This document shows, in pieces, positions 18,389 through 28,119 of a DNA stretch of 64,000 nt. The first letter of the stretch is position 1; every line of letters begins with the position of its first letter. The notes below the pieces were generated by a model. It searched no databases. It had not been told where the DNA came from and saw only the letters and a list, made by a program, of their open reading frames with translations. Origin of the DNA: Maribacter sp. (GTDB taxonomy: Bacteria; Bacteroidota; Bacteroidia; Flavobacteriales; Flavobacteriaceae); assembly GCF_011050675.1 (NCBI RefSeq), contig NZ_DRFI01000023.1, one strand, 5' to 3'. The translations under genes and the position numbers were made by a program.

Positions 18389-20641
18389 TTAAAACCTCAC
18401 AGAAACTTTTCCTCTTAAATAGAATGGTGTCCCTGGTGTAAAATGAATTTCTTCTACCGATGCGGTTTCATTGAACAATCTACTTTCTGTAGCAAATTGT
18501 GTTTCGTTCCATTGGGTATCAAGAAGGTTTTCAACGATAACGCCAACAGTCCAGTTTTTAATACTATAATTAAGATTTAAATCGGTTACAAAATATCCTT
18601 CTGCTACAATACTATTATCCTCATTTGCCGCTCTGTCACCTAAATACCTATAATTAAGATTCCCAGAAAAATTACCTAAATCTGATATCGACAAACCACC
18701 AACTGCCATAAAATCTGGCGCTAAAGGAATATAATCTTCACCATCAGGCTCTTCTGTACTTCTGGCATACGTATAATTTACATCGCTATAAAGGTATAGC
18801 CAGTCTAAAATTTGATATCTACCACCAACTTCAACACCTAACCTACGTGTTTTTCCACTAGGTTCAACAATTCCGGCATCGCCTACATAAACGAATTCTT
18901 GATCTAAAAGCAAGCCCCATAGCGTTGCATTTATCACCATCTTATCTGTAGGTTTTATAATGGTGCCTAAATCTACGCCATATGCTTTTGGTAATACTTC
19001 TCGACCTTCATTAGCTGTTACAACACGAGCATCGTTAGAATGAAATCCTAATCCTGTTTTTAAGAACATTTGCCAGTTACGATTAACGGAATATATCGTA
19101 TTTAACTTAGGACTCACTATTGTCTTACTTTCGCTTTTATTGTCATAAGTCTCACTCAATTTATTCTCATAATCAAATTTGAAATAGTCTAATCGTACCG
19201 ACGGGTTAAATGTCCAGTTTCCTGTTTTATACTCGCCATTAATAAAACTGTAAATATTTGTTTCATCAATATCACCAAAAGCGTATTGTTCTAAAACTAT
19301 CTTTCTGTTTAATGTATGTGCTAAGGAAACGTCATCAACATTATCATGTCTAAATCCTAACCCTGCAGAGTATTTAAATCGATCATCAGTACCTACTGCA
19401 ATATCTATTTGCTCAAAAACAGTTTCAGCACCCATAATAGTCCTGTCCTCATACTGGCGAATTTGGTCACCATTCTCCGGATCTTCTAAAAAGAAGGTGA
19501 AATTTGAAAATAATTCAAAATCATAAGAGCTTACAAATGCTCTAGTTTTCAAAAACTGATCGTCGCCCAAAAACTTAGTATGATTCATCATTATATTGGA
19601 CCTACTAGTTTGCCCGCCTTCAGTATCATCGATAGCTCCAAACCGACCTATTATACCTTGATCGATGGCGCGTTGTGGAATTTGACCAGATGCATCCCAT
19701 TTGCTTTGAAAATGCGAAGCTGTTAACGTCAATTCTTCTTTACCTATATCCTTATAATGATAACGACCAAGAATATTTATACGATTAAAATTTTGCGGAG
19801 AATCAAAAGGACCATCTGTAAGGTAAAGTTCAGATGCTATATAGGCATCACTTTTACTGCTTTCCAAAATATTAAAAAGACCTACAAATCGATTGGTATT
19901 GAATTGCCCGGTTTCATAAGACACCATGCTTTTATCAATACTTTTTTTAAGGTTTAAGTCGACAAAACCTGCTGTATTGAAATCTCCTTTATCCGCATAA
20001 TACGGACCTTTTCCAAAATTAATATTATCTATAGTTTCCGGGATAACAAAATGCAAATCTGCATACCCTTGACCATGAGCGTGTGACACCATATTTACTG
20101 GCATACCATCTACACTAATAGCGACATCGGTACCGTGATCAATATCGAATCCCCTTAAAAATATTTGTTCCGCTTTACCGCCACCAGCATGTTGACCTAT
20201 TAGAAGTCCAGGTACTTTTCGTAGAATTTCTTGTGATGATTTAACTGGATCGTTCTGTATGTCTACATTCACAATTCTGCTCATTGCATCTACTTTTGAA
20301 ACTACCACCACTTGATCTAAGTTTATGCTAGATTCATCTAATACCACTTCAACACCTTCGTCTAAATGATATTGATTCACCACTAACACAAATGTTTTGT
20401 AACCTAGATTAGAAAAGTATATAGAATCATTGATTTGACTTGTTGGAAGTGAAAATAACCCAGAAAGGTTAGAATGACTATGCTGCCCCGAGGTTTGGTT
20501 GAAGATGCCTACATTTTCTAATAAGGCACCACTGTTATCCGTGACTACACCTTTTAGATTTTGCGCATTGGTAATATTGAATGCCCCAATGATAAGAAAT
20601 AATGTTAACAGCCTAAATGCCCAATTATAGCTATAATTCAT
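18389..20641 (-). CDS. TonB-dependent outer-membrane receptor
   Basis: Signal peptide. N-terminal carboxypeptidase-regulatory-like region. Plug and barrel. C-terminal ...KVSVRF with terminal aromatic residue. 750 aa. Confidence 0.85.
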   Translation of the reverse strand: MNYSYNWAFRLLTLFLIIGAFNITNAQNLKGVVTDNSGALLENVGIFNQTSGQHSHSNLSGLFSLPTSQINDSIYFSNLGYKTFVLVVNQYHLDEGVEVVLDESSINLDQVVVVSKVDAMSRIVNVDIQNDPVKSSQEILRKVPGLLIGQHAGGGKAEQIFLRGFDIDHGTDVAISVDGMPVNMVSHAHGQGYADLHFVIPETIDNINFGKGPYYADKGDFNTAGFVDLNLKKSIDKSMVSYETGQFNTNRFVGLFNILESSKSDAYIASELYLTDGPFDSPQNFNRINILGRYHYKDIGKEELTLTASHFQSKWDASGQIPQRAIDQGIIGRFGAIDDTEGGQTSRSNIMMNHTKFLGDDQFLKTRAFVSSYDFELFSNFTFFLEDPENGDQIRQYEDRTIMGAETVFEQIDIAVGTDDRFKYSAGLGFRHDNVDDVSLAHTLNRKIVLEQYAFGDIDETNIYSFINGEYKTGNWTFNPSVRLDYFKFDYENKLSETYDNKSESKTIVSPKLNTIYSVNRNWQMFLKTGLGFHSNDARVVTANEGREVLPKAYGVDLGTIIKPTDKMVINATLWGLLLDQEFVYVGDAGIVEPSGKTRRLGVEVGGRYQILDWLYLYSDVNYTYARSTEEPDGEDYIPLAPDFMAVGGLSISDLGNFSGNLNYRYLGDRAANEDNSIVAEGYFVTDLNLNYSIKNWTVGVIVENLLDTQWNETQFATESRLFNETASVEEIHFTPGTPFYLRGKVSVRF

Positions 20642-20853
20642 AAAATAATATTTAGATAAAGTTTGTTTTTAATAATACTTACGACAAAAACCACCGATGG
20701 TTTTATAGTTTTAAAAAAAACGCCAAAATAAAAAAATTAAGGGGATAGGAAAATTATTTACGCTTAATGACAATGTTTAAACCATAAGAGTCAATAAGCA
20801 TTCGTAGATATCCAGAACTTTGCCTTTTTAACAGTATTTAAAATAAAAAACTA

Positions 20854-21963
20854 ATGAGTACACAGATATTATTAACACCTTTTCATAAAAATTTAGATTT
20901 AAAAAATAGAGTTGTCGTTGCGCCTATGACAAGAAGTAGGGCTGTAAATGACGGTAATGTACCTACAGAAGATTTACACGTGCCATATTACGCTCAAAGA
21001 GCATCTGCAGGTTTAATAATTACAGAAGGTTCACAAGTGTCTAAACAAGCGGTGGGTTATGTAAATACTGCCGGAATCCATTCTAAAGAACAAGTGGAAG
21101 GTTGGAAAAAAGTAACGAAAGAAATTCATGACAAAGATGGAAAAATCTTTATTCAATTATGGCATGTTGGGCGTATGTCTCACCCAGATTTTCATAATGG
21201 GGAATTACCATTAGCTCCATCTGCTATTAACCCTAATGCAAAATCTTATACTCCAGAAGGTTTTAAAGATACAGTTACACCAAAAGCTATGTCTATTGCA
21301 GACATTAAACAAACGGTAGAAGATTTTAAAAATGCAGCTAAAAATGCTGTCGAAGCGGGTTTTGACGGAGTAGAAATACATTCATCTAACGGGTATTTAT
21401 TCCAACAGTTTTTTAACGGAACTTCAAATACAAGAACGGATGAATATGGAGGAACAATTGAGAATAGAGCTCGTTTCTTTTTTGAAGTTTTAGATGCAAT
21501 GACTGAAGTTATTCCACAACAAAGAATAGGAGCAAGGTTTAACCCTTCTTTAAACGGAATGTTCGGAATTACAATGGATGAGGATACCATACCAACGTTT
21601 GAATATATTATTAAAAAGCTGAACAATTATGATTTGGCTTACATTCATTTGTCTGAACCTTTTACAGATGTTTCTAATATTTCATATGCAGTAAAGCGCG
21701 TCGCAAAACATTTTAGACCTTTATATAATGGCACTTTAATGATTAATGCAGGATTTGATCAAGAGTCAGGAAATAAGGTTATTGAAGAAGGAAATGCAGA
21801 TTTAGTAGCTTATGGTAAACCATTTATTTCAAATCCAGATTTGGTAGAGCGATTTGCTAATGGATATGATTTAGCCGATTGGAATGAAGAAACTTTTTAC
21901 ACACCAGGTAAGGAAGGATATTTAGATTACCCTAAATACAATGAAGAAAAGGAACTCGTTTAA
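20854..21963 (+). CDS. Old Yellow Enzyme family alkene reductase / NADH:flavin oxidoreductase (NemA-like)
   Basis: Motifs PMTRSRA, HSSNGYLFQQF and GYD of OYE TIM-barrel flavoproteins. Confidence 0.8.
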   Translation: MSTQILLTPFHKNLDLKNRVVVAPMTRSRAVNDGNVPTEDLHVPYYAQRASAGLIITEGSQVSKQAVGYVNTAGIHSKEQVEGWKKVTKEIHDKDGKIFIQLWHVGRMSHPDFHNGELPLAPSAINPNAKSYTPEGFKDTVTPKAMSIADIKQTVEDFKNAAKNAVEAGFDGVEIHSSNGYLFQQFFNGTSNTRTDEYGGTIENRARFFFEVLDAMTEVIPQQRIGARFNPSLNGMFGITMDEDTIPTFEYIIKKLNNYDLAYIHLSEPFTDVSNISYAVKRVAKHFRPLYNGTLMINAGFDQESGNKVIEEGNADLVAYGKPFISNPDLVERFANGYDLADWNEETFYTPGKEGYLDYPKYNEEKELV

Positions 21964-21989
21964 CTTTAAACAATAAGTATAGTCATAAA

Positions 21990-22016
21990 AAAAGCAGCCA
22001 AATGGCTGCTTTTTTT
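21990..22016. terminator. Bidirectional intrinsic terminator
   Basis: Stem gcagcca (21994-22000), loop aa, stem tggctgc (22003-22009), then T7, preceded by A7. Confidence 0.75.
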
Positions 22017-22033
22017 ACATAATCTCATATAGA

Positions 22034-22321
22034 TTAATTAATATGATCAGTATTACCTTCTAAATCTTCATTTCCTTCACCACCTTGACTATACAGTTGA
22101 TTCTCTTCATCTTTTAAAATTTTTGGCGTTTTGTTTTGCGGTAAATTACGTCCTGGGACATCCAAATCTTTTCCAGCAAAATCAACTTCTTTTTTACGAC
22201 TGTTTAGTTGAACATCATCTCCGTTATCCGTTCTTATGTTTTTAGTTCTTTCTCCTAAAGCTTTTAAGTCCGCTTCCGTTATATCAGAATTATATTCGTT
22301 GCTTGTTTTGTTATTTTTCAT
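22034..22321 (-). CDS. Hydrophilic, probably disordered hypothetical protein (95 aa)
   Basis: The ORF sits between a terminator and an AT-rich upstream region. D/E/K/N-rich with no hydrophobic core. Coding status uncertain. Confidence 0.35.
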   Translation of the reverse strand: MKNNKTSNEYNSDITEADLKALGERTKNIRTDNGDDVQLNSRKKEVDFAGKDLDVPGRNLPQNKTPKILKDEENQLYSQGGEGNEDLEGNTDHIN

Positions 22322-22527
22322 AGCTGTAATCTTTTGTAATTAGATTTTTAAATTACTATTTCTATGTTGTACACATTATCGCTTTCCATAGATATTTAAG
22401 CTCATATCAAATCACAAACTTATTTTTAGAATTTTAATTCTCCAGATTGTATTCGTGTTAATATAATTGGTTAACGCATTAATGATTACTATAGATATTA
22501 CGGAACTTGCTAAAAAATAATCAGAGG

Positions 22528-23157
22528 ATGGAAAATGTATTAGTTGCTGGTGCTAACGGTACCACAGGAAAAAAGATAATAAACCTTTTAAAAAACTCTC
22601 AATACTTTCAGCCAGTAGCTATGGTTCGTAAAGAAGAACAAAAAGAACAATTTGAAAAGGAAAATATAAGAACTGTATTAGGTGATTTAGAAAAAGATTT
22701 ATTACACACCGTTGAAAACATTGACAAGGTAATTTTCGCTGCAGGATCTGGCGGAAAAAAGGTGGTGGAAGTTGATCAAGAAGGAGCAAAAAATTTAATT
22801 GATGCTTCCCAAAAAGCCAATATCAAAAAATTCGTTATGCTTAGTTCTATGGGAGCAGATAACCCTGAAGGAGCTGATGATTTAAAAGAATATTTGAAGG
22901 CTAAACATAATGCCGACGAGTACCTGAAATCAACAAATTTAGTACATGCTATTGTTAGACCTGGTTCATTAACGAATGATGTAGGTACAGGAAAAATTGA
23001 ATTGCAGACAAAATTAAACAAGCAAGGTTCTATTACCAGGGATGATGTTGCCCAAACCCTGGTACGTTCCTTACATGACGATGATGCTATTAATATCACA
23101 TTCGAAATCATTCAAGGTGATACTCTTATAGGAAAAGCAATGGATTCAAATGTTTAA
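22528..23157 (+). CDS. NAD(P)H-binding atypical SDR (NmrA/HSCARG-like)
   Basis: MENVLVAGANGTTGKKI Rossmann motif. ATG at 22528 is preferred over the upstream TTG at 22507. Confidence 0.7.
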   Translation: MENVLVAGANGTTGKKIINLLKNSQYFQPVAMVRKEEQKEQFEKENIRTVLGDLEKDLLHTVENIDKVIFAAGSGGKKVVEVDQEGAKNLIDASQKANIKKFVMLSSMGADNPEGADDLKEYLKAKHNADEYLKSTNLVHAIVRPGSLTNDVGTGKIELQTKLNKQGSITRDDVAQTLVRSLHDDDAINITFEIIQGDTLIGKAMDSNV

Positions 23158-23309
23158 AATTAATCGAATTCTATAATTAAAATGAAACTGAGCCAATTCT
23201 AATACTATTAGAATTGGCTTTTTTATTTATTAATTTTCAACAACTAATTTTAATAATTTAATTACAAAACCATGTTGTGTATCTTCGTGGAGAACTAAAT
23301 AACCTAAAA

Positions 23310-24497
23310 ATGAAAATACCTTTTTTAAAAATAACATTAGCTATCGCTCTGGTAATAGCGTTACATTCTTGTAAAGAGAACAAAAAAGAAGATTTAAAAA
23401 ATACAGCTGAGAAAGTTGAACTTGACAGTACAGATTTAGCCTTATTGGATTTAAACTTACCAGAAGGATTTCAAATCGAGGTTTACGCAAGGGGAGTAGA
23501 TGGCGCTCGTTCTATGGCAATGGGTGAAAACGGAACGCTGTTCGTAGGTACTAGAACAGAAAATAATGTGTATGCCATACAAGACACGGATGGTGATTTT
23601 AAGGCAGATAATATAATGGTGTTAGATACCATGGAAGTACCAAATGGTATTGCCATGAGAAATGGAGATTTGTACGTAGCCCAAGTTGGTAGCCTTTGGA
23701 AATATCCAAATATTGAAGAGCAATTAGGCGGTGATTTAGAAAAGGAATTGATTTATGATGATTTTCCGACTGAATTTCACCACGGATGGAAATACATTGC
23801 TTTCGGTCCAGATGACAAATTATATGTACCTGTTGGCGCACCTTGTAACATTTGTAATCGTACAGATGAAGATGAACGATTTTCAACTATTTCAAGAATG
23901 GATCCAGACGGAAGCAATCGTGAAATATATGCTAGAGGAGTTAGAAACTCTGTTGGTTTTACTTGGCACCCAGATTCTAAAGAAATGTGGTTTACCGATA
24001 ATGGACGTGATATGCTAGGAGATGATATTCCTCCGTGCGAATTAAACAAGGTTACAGAGGCTGGACAGCACTTTGGCTACCCATTCTGTCATGGAGGTAT
24101 TGTTAAAGACCCTGAGTTTGGTGATTTACACCCTTGTTCAGATTTTGTATCTCCTGCTCTACAATTAGATGCACACGTTGCTCCACTAGGCATTAAATTC
24201 TATACAGGTAATATGTTTCCATCAGAATACAAAGGAAAAGCTTTTATTGCTGAGCATGGTTCATGGAACAGAAGTAAAAAGGTGGGTTACAGGATTATGA
24301 TGGTAGATATACAAGATGGTGAAGCAGTAAGCACAGAACCATTTATTGATGGTTGGTTAGATGAAGTTGAGCAGAAAGCTACTGGAAGACCTGTAGATAT
24401 ACTACTATTAAAAGATGGCTCTATGTTAATCTCAGATGATTATGGCGATGCCATTTACCGTGTTTCTTATAGTGAAACCGCACTTGCCAATAACTAA
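23310..24497 (+). CDS. PQQ-dependent sugar dehydrogenase (soluble glucose/sorbosone dehydrogenase-like beta-propeller), lipoprotein
   Basis: Lipobox ALHSC after the ATG at 23310 (the track ORF begins at an upstream GTG at 23277). Motifs GRDMLGDD...PPCELNKV and HGSWNRS are typical of the SGDH family. Confidence 0.65.
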   Translation: MKIPFLKITLAIALVIALHSCKENKKEDLKNTAEKVELDSTDLALLDLNLPEGFQIEVYARGVDGARSMAMGENGTLFVGTRTENNVYAIQDTDGDFKADNIMVLDTMEVPNGIAMRNGDLYVAQVGSLWKYPNIEEQLGGDLEKELIYDDFPTEFHHGWKYIAFGPDDKLYVPVGAPCNICNRTDEDERFSTISRMDPDGSNREIYARGVRNSVGFTWHPDSKEMWFTDNGRDMLGDDIPPCELNKVTEAGQHFGYPFCHGGIVKDPEFGDLHPCSDFVSPALQLDAHVAPLGIKFYTGNMFPSEYKGKAFIAEHGSWNRSKKVGYRIMMVDIQDGEAVSTEPFIDGWLDEVEQKATGRPVDILLLKDGSMLISDDYGDAIYRVSYSETALANN

Positions 24498-24520
24498 AAT
24501 TCGATATACATTTATATAAG

Positions 24521-24548
24521 AAAAGCAGCCATAATTGGCTGCTTTTTC
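24521..24548 (+). terminator. Intrinsic terminator of the PQQ-dehydrogenase gene
   Basis: Stem agcagcca (24524-24531), loop taat, stem tggctgct (24536-24543), then T5. It lies inside the 5' end of track ORF 24535.., which argues for the later start of the next gene. Confidence 0.7.
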
Positions 24549-24624
24549 ATTTCTTATTCATCTTATTTCCGATTCCAATTCTTATATTTATACTCCTTAT
24601 TTTTTTCATCAACATCATATCATC

Positions 24625-25524
24625 ATGAACAACTATAACTCACGTAGAACATTTCTAAAACAAACGGGTGTATTATCCGTAAGCTCAATGCTACCATTAT
24701 CTGTACTTCCAATGGATTATAAATATAAAATGGGATTGCAATTATTCACTATTCGTGATGCCATGTCTAAAGACCCTATTGGCAGTATCAAATATGCAAG
24801 GGAGCTAGGGTATGAAGACGGAGAGATATATGGCTACGATGGCAAGAACGATACATACTACGGAATAAAGTCAGATGAATTTAAAAAACAACTAGTCGAT
24901 TTAAGTTTCACGATATCTAGTGGTCATTATGATTTCTCCAGCCTTTTCAATGAGCCTTTGGATAATCTTAAGCGCTATGTAGACCAATGTATTAAAGGTT
25001 CTAAAACCATAGATAGCAAATATATAACATGGCCTTGGTTAGCTCCCGAATTGAGAACTATTGAAAACTTCAAAATTTTATCAGATAAATTAAACACAAT
25101 AGGGGAGCAGGTCAATAAAGCAGGTCTACAATTTGCCTATCACAATCATGATTTTGAATTTACCGATCATAATGGCGAACAGGGCTATGATATTATCCTT
25201 AAAAATACAGACCCCAATTTGGTTAAATTACAAATGGATATGTATTGGGTAGAACATTCTTCTAACAAAAGTATTGATGAGTTAATTGCAGAAAACCCTG
25301 GGCGTTACGTTATGTGGCATATAAAGGATATGGATAAAGTTACCCGCGACTACTCAGAAATGGGTAATGGTTCTATTGATTATAAAAGCCTATTATCTAC
25401 TGTAAAAAAGGAAGATTTACAGTACTACTATATTGAACAAGGTGGTAATTTTGCCGATAACTCCATGCAAAGCATTACCGATAGTGCTGTTTATTTTAAG
25501 AAACACTTGCAACGATTTCTTTAA
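24625..25524 (+). CDS. Sugar phosphate isomerase/epimerase (xylose-isomerase-like TIM barrel), Tat-exported
   Basis: ATG at 24625 gives MNNYNSRRTFLKQTGVLSVSS, a twin-arginine signal. The terminator of the upstream gene lies 5' of this start. Confidence 0.65.
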   Translation: MNNYNSRRTFLKQTGVLSVSSMLPLSVLPMDYKYKMGLQLFTIRDAMSKDPIGSIKYARELGYEDGEIYGYDGKNDTYYGIKSDEFKKQLVDLSFTISSGHYDFSSLFNEPLDNLKRYVDQCIKGSKTIDSKYITWPWLAPELRTIENFKILSDKLNTIGEQVNKAGLQFAYHNHDFEFTDHNGEQGYDIILKNTDPNLVKLQMDMYWVEHSSNKSIDELIAENPGRYVMWHIKDMDKVTRDYSEMGNGSIDYKSLLSTVKKEDLQYYYIEQGGNFADNSMQSITDSAVYFKKHLQRFL

Positions 25525-25527
25525 TTC

Positions 25528-26367
25528 ATGAAATACCCAGATAAAGTATATTTGAACGGAAGCATAGTTCCCTATAAAGAAGCTAAAATTTCCGTGTTTG
25601 ATCGCGGGTTTATTTTCGGCGATGGTCTTTACGAGGTAATGGTACAGATAAATGGAAAATTCTTTTACGAGGAAGCTCATTTAAACCGGTTACAAAATGG
25701 TCTTAAAAAAACAAATATCAAATTTGATGTTAGTACCCTGCCTAACGAAATATCTAAATTACTAGAGGCATCTGCACTTACGACTAAAGACTGTATGCTT
25801 TATATTCAAATAACTAGAGGTGTAGCACCTAGACAGCATTCATACCCGTCTGATATTGAACCTACGTTAATGATGTATGCCGCACCAAAAGTATTACCTG
25901 AAATAAATGATGTTAATGCTAAAGTAATTTCAAGAGATGATTTTAGATGGTCTCGTTGCGATATTAAAATGACATCGCTTTTAGGAAATGTAATGTTGAA
26001 TGAAGAGGCGATGCTACACGAGTGTTACGAAACTATAATGCATCGTAATGGTGTATTTACGGAAGCCTCTCACAGTAACGTATTTTTTGTGGAAGATAAT
26101 ATTGTCTACACACATCCTGCAGATGAATATATTTTAAACGGTATTACTAGAATTATTGTTTTAGAATTATGTAAATCTCTAAATATTGAAATTAAAGAAT
26201 CACCGATTTCTGTTGATGACTTAACTACTATAGATGAGGCATTCTTAACTGGCACCAGCACACAAATCGCTTCAATTCAACAAATAGATAGTCATATATT
26301 ATATACTGGAAATAACAAAGGCCCCATTACAAGAAAATTGCAAGAGGCCTTTTTAAAACTTAAGTGA
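25528..26367 (+). CDS. Class IV (fold-type IV) aminotransferase: D-amino-acid / branched-chain aminotransferase or ADC-lyase-like
   Basis: FGDGLYEV, catalytic-Lys region, and C-terminal EAFLTGTSTQIASIQ motif. Confidence 0.7.
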   Translation: MKYPDKVYLNGSIVPYKEAKISVFDRGFIFGDGLYEVMVQINGKFFYEEAHLNRLQNGLKKTNIKFDVSTLPNEISKLLEASALTTKDCMLYIQITRGVAPRQHSYPSDIEPTLMMYAAPKVLPEINDVNAKVISRDDFRWSRCDIKMTSLLGNVMLNEEAMLHECYETIMHRNGVFTEASHSNVFFVEDNIVYTHPADEYILNGITRIIVLELCKSLNIEIKESPISVDDLTTIDEAFLTGTSTQIASIQQIDSHILYTGNNKGPITRKLQEAFLKLK

Positions 26368-26372
26368 TTTAC

Positions 26373-27215
26373 TTATTCTACGCTGAAATAAGTAAAGAAT
26401 TCGTCTGCATTCTTAATATCCATTAAATTCAAAATATAACATACTTCAGATAAATCAGAAAAATCCAATCCACCTTCAGCTACACTTTCATTAAGGTACC
26501 TGCCATCTATACCATTATATTGGTTACCTAAACGAATGGCGGTATTCCAAACTTTGGTTAAATGTTCATCGTTTAATTTAGATTTCCAGTCAACTTCCCC
26601 ATCAGACTTTAAACCTGGTGTACCATTACCTTCGGCGTTACCATCAGCAATTTTATGATAATCGGTTACAGTTTGGGCATATTTCAATTTGGTAGGCTCG
26701 GTAACAGATTCATTCCAATCGCTATGTTGAACCACGTGAATCTTCTCTTTTATATTTAAAGTCGGATTCTTCTCTACCAGTTTCATAACCCAATCAGCAG
26801 TAAAGTCTGACTGACCAGCCTCTGCAACCCAAACAGACCCGCCGTTTTCGATGATTTTTTGAGCCTTTTTAACAACCTTTTGTACAGATGCCTTCCATTC
26901 TTTGTCAGCATCTACCCAATTCTTATTAAAAGCAAGTTTCATTAATTCATTTGGTGGCACATATAAACCTTCTTGTATACCATAAGAGCCAGCAACAGCT
27001 AAATAATTTAAATCCTTATAATCTGGGTGATGTAACAAAGTGGCTAAACCAGCAGCGGTATGCAAATCGTCAATATCAGTTTTAGAATCTAACTGCACTA
27101 AAAGAAGATCTGTAGAGATATTGAAATCTGGCTCTTGAGATTTTAAACTAAAGCTAAAAAGCACAGTGAATAATATACAGCAATAGACACTTTTTAGTTG
27201 TAATACGTTTTTCAT
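26373..27215 (-). CDS. Secreted hypothetical protein (280 aa)
   Basis: Signal peptide. No recognisable motif. Confidence 0.5.
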   Translation of the reverse strand: MKNVLQLKSVYCCILFTVLFSFSLKSQEPDFNISTDLLLVQLDSKTDIDDLHTAAGLATLLHHPDYKDLNYLAVAGSYGIQEGLYVPPNELMKLAFNKNWVDADKEWKASVQKVVKKAQKIIENGGSVWVAEAGQSDFTADWVMKLVEKNPTLNIKEKIHVVQHSDWNESVTEPTKLKYAQTVTDYHKIADGNAEGNGTPGLKSDGEVDWKSKLNDEHLTKVWNTAIRLGNQYNGIDGRYLNESVAEGGLDFSDLSEVCYILNLMDIKNADEFFTYFSVE

Positions 27216-27374
27216 TTTGTTGAGTAATATAAGTTGATTAATAATTTGTTCTTAATAATGCTGCTAGAGTTTTATTTTTTTAAAGAAATACCTTTTGAAA
27301 TTGACCTCTTTTAATTAGCCTTCTAAATTAGAAAATAAAACCATAGTATACATTATAAGTAAGAGGTGAACAGT

Positions 27375-27542
27375 CTAATTATCCAAAGCTTCAATCTGTT
27401 TTAATATAGCATCTGCTTCAGCAGCTTTATCATCACTTTTAGAACGATTTTGAGTAGATAGGTCATAAGATTTCTTTAGTAACTTCTCATATTGCTCTTG
27501 TAGTTTTTCTTTTTGGGTTTTCTTTTTAAATAGTCCGAACAT
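27375..27542 (-). CDS. Lacal_2735-type small protein (55 aa): MFGLFKKKTQKEKLQEQYEKLLKKSYDLSTQNRSKSDDKAAEADAILKQIEALDN
   Basis: ATG (rc 27540-27542) to TAG (rc 27375-27377). Below the track's size cutoff. The sequence pattern MFGLFKKK...Y..L...S..L...NR..SD matches my recollection of a small conserved Flavobacteriia protein family. Confidence 0.5.
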   Translation of the reverse strand: MFGLFKKKTQKEKLQEQYEKLLKKSYDLSTQNRSKSDDKAAEADAILKQIEALDN

Positions 27543-27871
27543 AGTTTTTGTTTTGAAGTTAGTACTTTAGAAATATTTCGGGGTGATTTGAAATTAAAAG
27601 ATGTACCATAATTCCAATAATTTTTGGCATTTTAATACTAGTAATGATGATATTTATGGATAGTTAACAATGACAAATAGAAAAAACTCAACTATTTTAG
27701 TGTAGTTTACTGTACTAGAAAGTTATAAATATCCGGTAAAAGGGCTTAAAAGACCGGTAAACTCTTAAATGTTTGCCAAAAAATGGAATTAAACGAACTT
27801 AAAACATTGTTTGTCAACTATTGGCGTCATCTTTGCAAACTAATAAGTATTATAAATTAAATTACATTACA

Positions 27872-28063
27872 ATGAGTAAAGGAACAGTAAAATTTTTCAA
27901 CGACACAAAAGGATTCGGTTTTATCACTGAAGAAGGAGTTGAAAAAGACCACTTTGTACACATTTCAGGTTTAATCGACGAAATTCGTGAAGGCGATGAA
28001 GTTGAATTCGAACTTAAAGAAGGAAACAAAGGATTAAACGCAGTGAACGTTAAAGTTATCTAA
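27872..28063 (+). CDS. Cold-shock protein (CspA family, 63 aa)
   Basis: MSKGTVKFFNDTKGFGFI...HFVHISGL...LNAVNVKVI. The track ORF was extended upstream to 27821. Confidence 0.85.
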   Translation: MSKGTVKFFNDTKGFGFITEEGVEKDHFVHISGLIDEIREGDEVEFELKEGNKGLNAVNVKVI

Positions 28064-28087
28064 ACATATATACTTTCAAGTTTAAGA

Positions 28088-28118
28088 AAAAGCCTTTCAC
28101 ATAGTGAAAGGCTTTTTT
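28088..28118. terminator. Bidirectional intrinsic terminator
   Basis: Stem gcctttcac (28092-28100), loop atag, stem gtgaaaggc (28105-28113), then T6, preceded by A5. Confidence 0.7.
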
Positions 28119-28119
28119 A

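Noticed and set aside
21246-21626. 126-aa minus-strand ORF inside the OYE reductase gene
   Set aside because: Antisense shadow ORF.
23599-24049. Three overlapping small ORFs (23599-23886 -, 23755-24018 +, 23777-24049 -) inside the PQQ dehydrogenase gene
   Set aside because: They are alternative or antisense frames of a confidently assigned CDS.
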